Part shown: positions 59,254-64,000 of the stretch, one piece after another | How positions within the stretch are numbered: the stretch's first letter is position 1 | Layout of the letters: every line of letters starts with the position of its first letter | Assembly (NCBI RefSeq): GCF_001194135.2 | Contig: NC_068987.1 | Location: 3,646,425-3,710,424, forward strand | Source of the DNA: Octopus bimaculoides | Lineage: Eukaryota | DNA: 64,000 nt | Reading direction: 5' to 3' | Notes under the pieces: generated by a model | Database searches by the model: none | Told to the model about the DNA's origin: nothing | Seen by the model: only the letters and a program-made list of their open reading frames with translations | Program-made: the position numbers and the translations under genes

Positions 59254-62200
59254 TTAAGATATATTCTTGTACGTTTTGCTTAAATATATAGACATGGCTG
59301 TGTGGTAAGAAGCTTGCTTCCCAACCACATGGTTCTAGGTTCAGTCTCACTGCATGGCACCTTGGACAAGTGCCTTCTACTATAGCCTTGGGTCAACCAA
59401 AGCCTTGTGACTGGATTTGGTAGATGGAAACTGAAAGAAGCCCATCGTGTATATATAAGTATATAATATATGTGTGTGTGTGTGTGTGTGTGTGTATGTC
59501 TGTGTTTGTTTCCCCACCATCATTTGACAATCTAATGTTGGTGTGTTTACATCCCCATAACTTAGCGATTTAGCAATAGAGACTGATAGAATAAGTACCA
59601 GACTTACAAAGAATAAGTGCTGGGATCAATTTGTTCGACTAAAGGTGCTGCTCTGGCATGGCCGCAGTCAAATGATTGAAACAAGTAAAAGAGGATATAA
59701 TGAAATCTCCTGTTGTTAGACGACTTATGAGGGTTTGACAATTTCTTATCGAACAACCACACAGGATTTGTTTATATTGACTGAATGTTTGTGTAGACAT
59801 AAGCTCACTCCCTCCATCAAATCAAATACATTACCTGTACAGGTGCACCATATGTTACATGTCAGATGTCGAAATGATCACGGAGCAACGTGAAATGAAG
59901 TGCTTTGCTCAAGAACACAATGCAATGCCCGGTCTGGGAATTGAACCCATGATCACACTATCATGAATGCAACACCCTAACCACTAGGCCATGTGCCTTC
60001 ACGTGTGGTAAGAAGCTTGCTCTCCACCACATGGTTCTGGGTTCAATCCCACTGTAGGGTACCTTTGGCGAGTGTCTTCTACTATAGCCTCAGGCTGACC
60101 AAAGCTCTGTGAGTGGATTTGGTAGACGTAAACTGAAAGAAGTCCATCATATACACATATATATATATTTACATGTGTCTGTGTTTGCCCCCCCCCCATC
60201 GCTTGACAACCGATGTTGGTGTGTTTACGTCCCTGTAGCTTAGCAGTTTGGCACAAAAGACTGTTAGAATAAGTTCTAGGCTTACAAGGTATAAGTCCTG
60301 GGGTTGATTTCTTCAACAGAAGGCAGTGCTCCAGCATGGCCAATCAAATGACTGAAACAAGTAAAAGAATGAAAGGAATATTTGTGTGTGTGTTCATATA
60401 TGCACACACACACACACACACACACTTTTCCTATTATTAGTTTCTTAACACATGTTTTATTTTATTGTTGCTTCTTTTTTTTTTAATTGTTTATGGAAAA
60501 TTTTCTGTGTCTAATGTAACAGAGATAAAGAATTCTTGTTAGAAGAAATCCAAAACATTTTCTCTCATTTACAAAATTATTGCAATGCTGACATGACTTC
60601 ATTGAATGTCTCTGTAACACATTTTCTTATATTATGATCATATTCCCAGTTATTTCAGCCAGTTTTTCCCAATCTTTCTTTTTGTCTGTTTCAACCAAAG
60701 TCTTTCTCCAATTTGAACAGTGAAAAGGTTTCGTATTTATAAGTGTCGTTTTGGTCTCAACTCATAGTTCTAAATGAAGTTTTGTAGATGTGGACCAAAG
60801 ACATTACTCTCTCTCTTTCAATTCATTTAATTGTTGGAAATAGGTAGAAGAATCTGGGTACATTGGTTGAGACTAGTGGAAAATTTATTACTTACAAACC
60901 AAAGAGATGAGCCTTGAAAAGTCCTTCTGGAATAAAGAGGTGGTTAAATGTGCAGGAGACACATAAACATTTATACAACACTTTCACTCAAGATGTATCC
61001 ACAACCGATGCCATGCTCTCTCTCTCTCTCTTTCTCTCTCTCTCCTCTCTCTCTCTCTCTCCCCTCTCTTCTNNNNNNNNNNNNNNNNNNNNNNNNNNNN
61101 NNNNNNNNNNNNNNNNNNNNNNNNNNNNNNNNNNNNNNNNNNNNNNNNNNNNNNNNNNNNNNNNNNNNNNNNNNNNNNNNNNNNNNNNNNNNNNNNNNNN
61201 NNNNNNNNNNNNNNNNNNNNNNNNNNNNNNNNNNNNNNNNNNNNNNNNNNNNNNNNNNNNNNNNNNNNNNNNNNNNNNNNNNNNNNNNNNNNNNNNNNNN
61301 NNNNNNNNNNNNNNNNNNNNNNNNNNNNNNNNNNNNNNNNNNNNNNNNNNNNNNNNNNNNNNNNNNNNNNNNNNNNNNNNNNNNNNNNNNNNNNNNNNNN
61401 NNNNNNNNNNNNNNNNNNNNNNNNNNNNNNNNNNNNNNNNNNNNNNNNNNNNNNNNNNNNNNNNNNNNNNNNNNNNNNNNNNNNNNNNNNNNNNNNNNNN
61501 NNNNNNNNNNNNNNNNNNNNNNNNNNNNNNNNNNNNNNNNNNNNNNNNNNNNNNCCCCTCCCATAATGGCAGATGTCCATTATTGTGCCACCAATGAAAG
61601 ATCTCTAGATACCATCATAGAAAATACAGTCACAATAAATCAAAATTCCTGAAATGTTCTTTGTATTGGATGTTGACACCCATTTGTTCTTTGAGAAGTT
61701 TTTTTACCATCTTTTGATCTGAGGGTTGTTGGAATTGTTAAACTAGAACAATAAATTACTTCAGTGGTGCTGAAGAAATCTCTGGAAATGTACATGTGAT
61801 GGCATATCAGCTCGTTTCTCGATTATGGCTGCTTCAGTCTGCTGCTAATTGTTCTTTATTGCATGAGTTTTGTCTTTGTTATCTGGAATGCAAACTTTCC
61901 TTTTCTGCTCTTGATTCTTATCATTTTGGTAAGCATGAAAAAAACTGCTCTTTTACTCTCAATTAGCTGCTTTATTTCATTGTTGTTCTTATTGATTGTT
62001 GCTTCCATCATCATGTGACCAAAAAATACCATCTTCCACAATTATTGGAGTTGTTCTTCAATAAATTCAAAACATTTTCCAGATATTTTTTCCAGTTTCT
62101 GTGTTTGTTGTTAATTATTACCTTAATTTATAACGAGCTTTTATATGACCTTAATTACATAATGAGTCTTTAACTCAAAGCTTTATCTTTCAATTTTTAC

Positions 62201-62449
62201 ATTATCAATAAAATTTTTTATTTCAATAACTTTCGTTAACATTTCAATTTAATGAGTTTTCTTCGTTTCCTTGCATGCTATTGACATGATCACATTGTTA
62301 TAAATATTTCATAACATTATTTCATCCTGTTTTGTTTTCAATCTTGTAATTAAAACTGATTAAACTATTACATTTGTAGATTTTTACAAATTTTGTTAAT
62401 GTTTCTACATTGTTATTCTTTGATATGATACCTTTTGGCAGACTGCTGC

Positions 62450-62480
<31 letters not shown>

Positions 62481-62694
62481 CATGCACTCATAGATAGATC
62501 TTTTGTTGTTGTATTAATTGGTTCTAGCTGCAATTCTCCATCCTACCAGGCGAGCAGTAACACGGAATTTATAATCTTCAGACATTAGATGCACCGAAAC
62601 TGCACTTGTACTCTGGCCTCCATGGCTGATGAGAGGATTTCCATTTTTATTTGTTCTTTTTGTCTTTTTCCATTAATTGTTCTGATGTGACTTG

Positions 62695-62731
<37 letters not shown>

Positions 62732-62754
62732 ACATGCATACACAAACATGTGTG

Positions 62755-63045
62755 GCTTAGTGGTTAGGACGTTCAACTCATGATTGTAAGGTTGTGAGTT
62801 CAATTCCTGATGGCACATTGTGTCCTTGAGCAAGACACATTGCTCCAGTCCTCTCAGCTGGCAAGAATGAGTGGTACCTGTAATTCAAAAGGGGCCAGCC
62901 TTGTCATACTCTGTGTCACACTGAATCTCTTTGAGAACAACATAACGGGCACACATGTCTGTGGAATCCTCAGCCACTTGCATGAGCAGGCTGTTCCATT
63001 GATCAAACCAACTGGAACACTTGTCATAACTGAAGTGCCAGTTAA
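62755..63045 (+). mobile_element. tRNA-derived SINE family D (others at about 7300-7830, split by the MITE; 12300-12570; 23160-23470)
   Basis: GTGGCTTAGTGGTTAG head, GAGTTCAATTCC box, CCTTGAGCAAGACAC core, AAAGGGCCAGCCTTGTCAC body. Confidence 0.75.
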
Positions 63046-63091
63046 ACACACACACGCTCTCCCTCTCTCTCTTTCTCTCTCTTTCTCTCTA

Positions 63092-63123
<32 letters not shown>

Positions 63124-64000
63124 AAAGTCTCTTTCATTCAACTTTCATCTCTTTATTGCTTATTTCATATATAATGTTTGAAATTTAACAATGCTGCCTC
63201 TCAATCGTGTGTTACATGTTATCAATGCGTTTTATTCAGTATCCATTCCCTGTCATCTTCTGCCTATATTTTCCCACATGTCCTAACCATTTACAAAGTG
63301 AAGAATTGTCTTCAGATTCTGAGTGGTTTATTTATTTATTTATTTATTTGTTCCTAAAAAATTAAAAAAAGAAACCCTCTTCTTTATAATTTTCTTCACT
63401 GATTAAAGATGAAATAAGAGGAATGTGTGAAAGTAGTATAATATGGAGGAGGAAACTGAGTGGTGGTGTGAGTGTGTTGAAGAGGAGGAGCAAAGGGTAC
63501 AAACAGTGGTAGGAGTACTGAAGTGAAATAGTTATGGCAGGGTGTAATGAAAGAGAGAGAGAGAGGGAGAAATAGTAATGACAGAAAAGAGTAGGAGATA
63601 GTGTCATCAGCTAAATGTGTGCTGGTGAAAGAGAGGGGAGAGATAAAGAGAGACAGATAAAGGGACTGAGAGAGGGAGCAAGGGAGTAAATAGTTGTAGA
63701 AAAAGTCTATGGTAAGACTATGATTTATGTCAAAGGATTGACCTGAGTGAGGGTGAGTGGTGCATAAGAGTATTGGAGTGTAAATGGTGGTGGGTGGCTG
63801 TATCTGATACCAGCAAATCTGTCATTACTCGGGACATAGTGATGTGAGGGTAGTAACAGTAGAAAGGTATAGATAGTGGGTGGGTGTGGTGGTGGTGGTG
63901 GGGTATGTAGACAGATGTAATGTTTTTCTTGATGGCACAAGTGGCAGCATGTTATGATTAGAAAGGCTGATAGAGTAATGAAATAGCATCAAATAAACAA

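Overview
Eukaryotic, AT-rich, SINE- and microsatellite-dense genomic DNA with six assembly gaps. The repeat families look coleoid cephalopod, most likely Octopus; this is an inference. Two intron-containing genes lie head-to-head about 36 kb apart. On the minus strand are the first four coding exons of zinc transporter 7 (SLC30A7/ZnT7; 10136->1125), continuing off the left edge. On the plus strand are the first five coding exons of a MICAL-like gene (CH domain, half LIM domain, 2.1-kb low-complexity exon; 46504->58642), continuing off the right edge. I assembled both genes by hand from GT-AG junctions with consistent phases; the ORF track shows only fragments of them. The rest is tRNA-derived SINEs, decayed RTE/L1-like/CR1-like LINE pieces, mariner/hAT/piggyBac-type MITEs, a Helitron-like end, a cytochrome b NUMT and a 26-bp minisatellite. 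The most notable observations are: (1) a short element joining a tRNA-like Pol III head to a minimal hammerhead ribozyme; (2) a young 231-bp foldback element with internal telomeric repeats and a 9-bp target-site duplication; (3) a MICAL-like protein lacking the second zinc finger of its LIM domain; (4) a perfect 33-bp hairpin just upstream of that exon. No CRISPR array, rRNA or bona fide tRNA gene is supported. Repeat coordinates are approximate.
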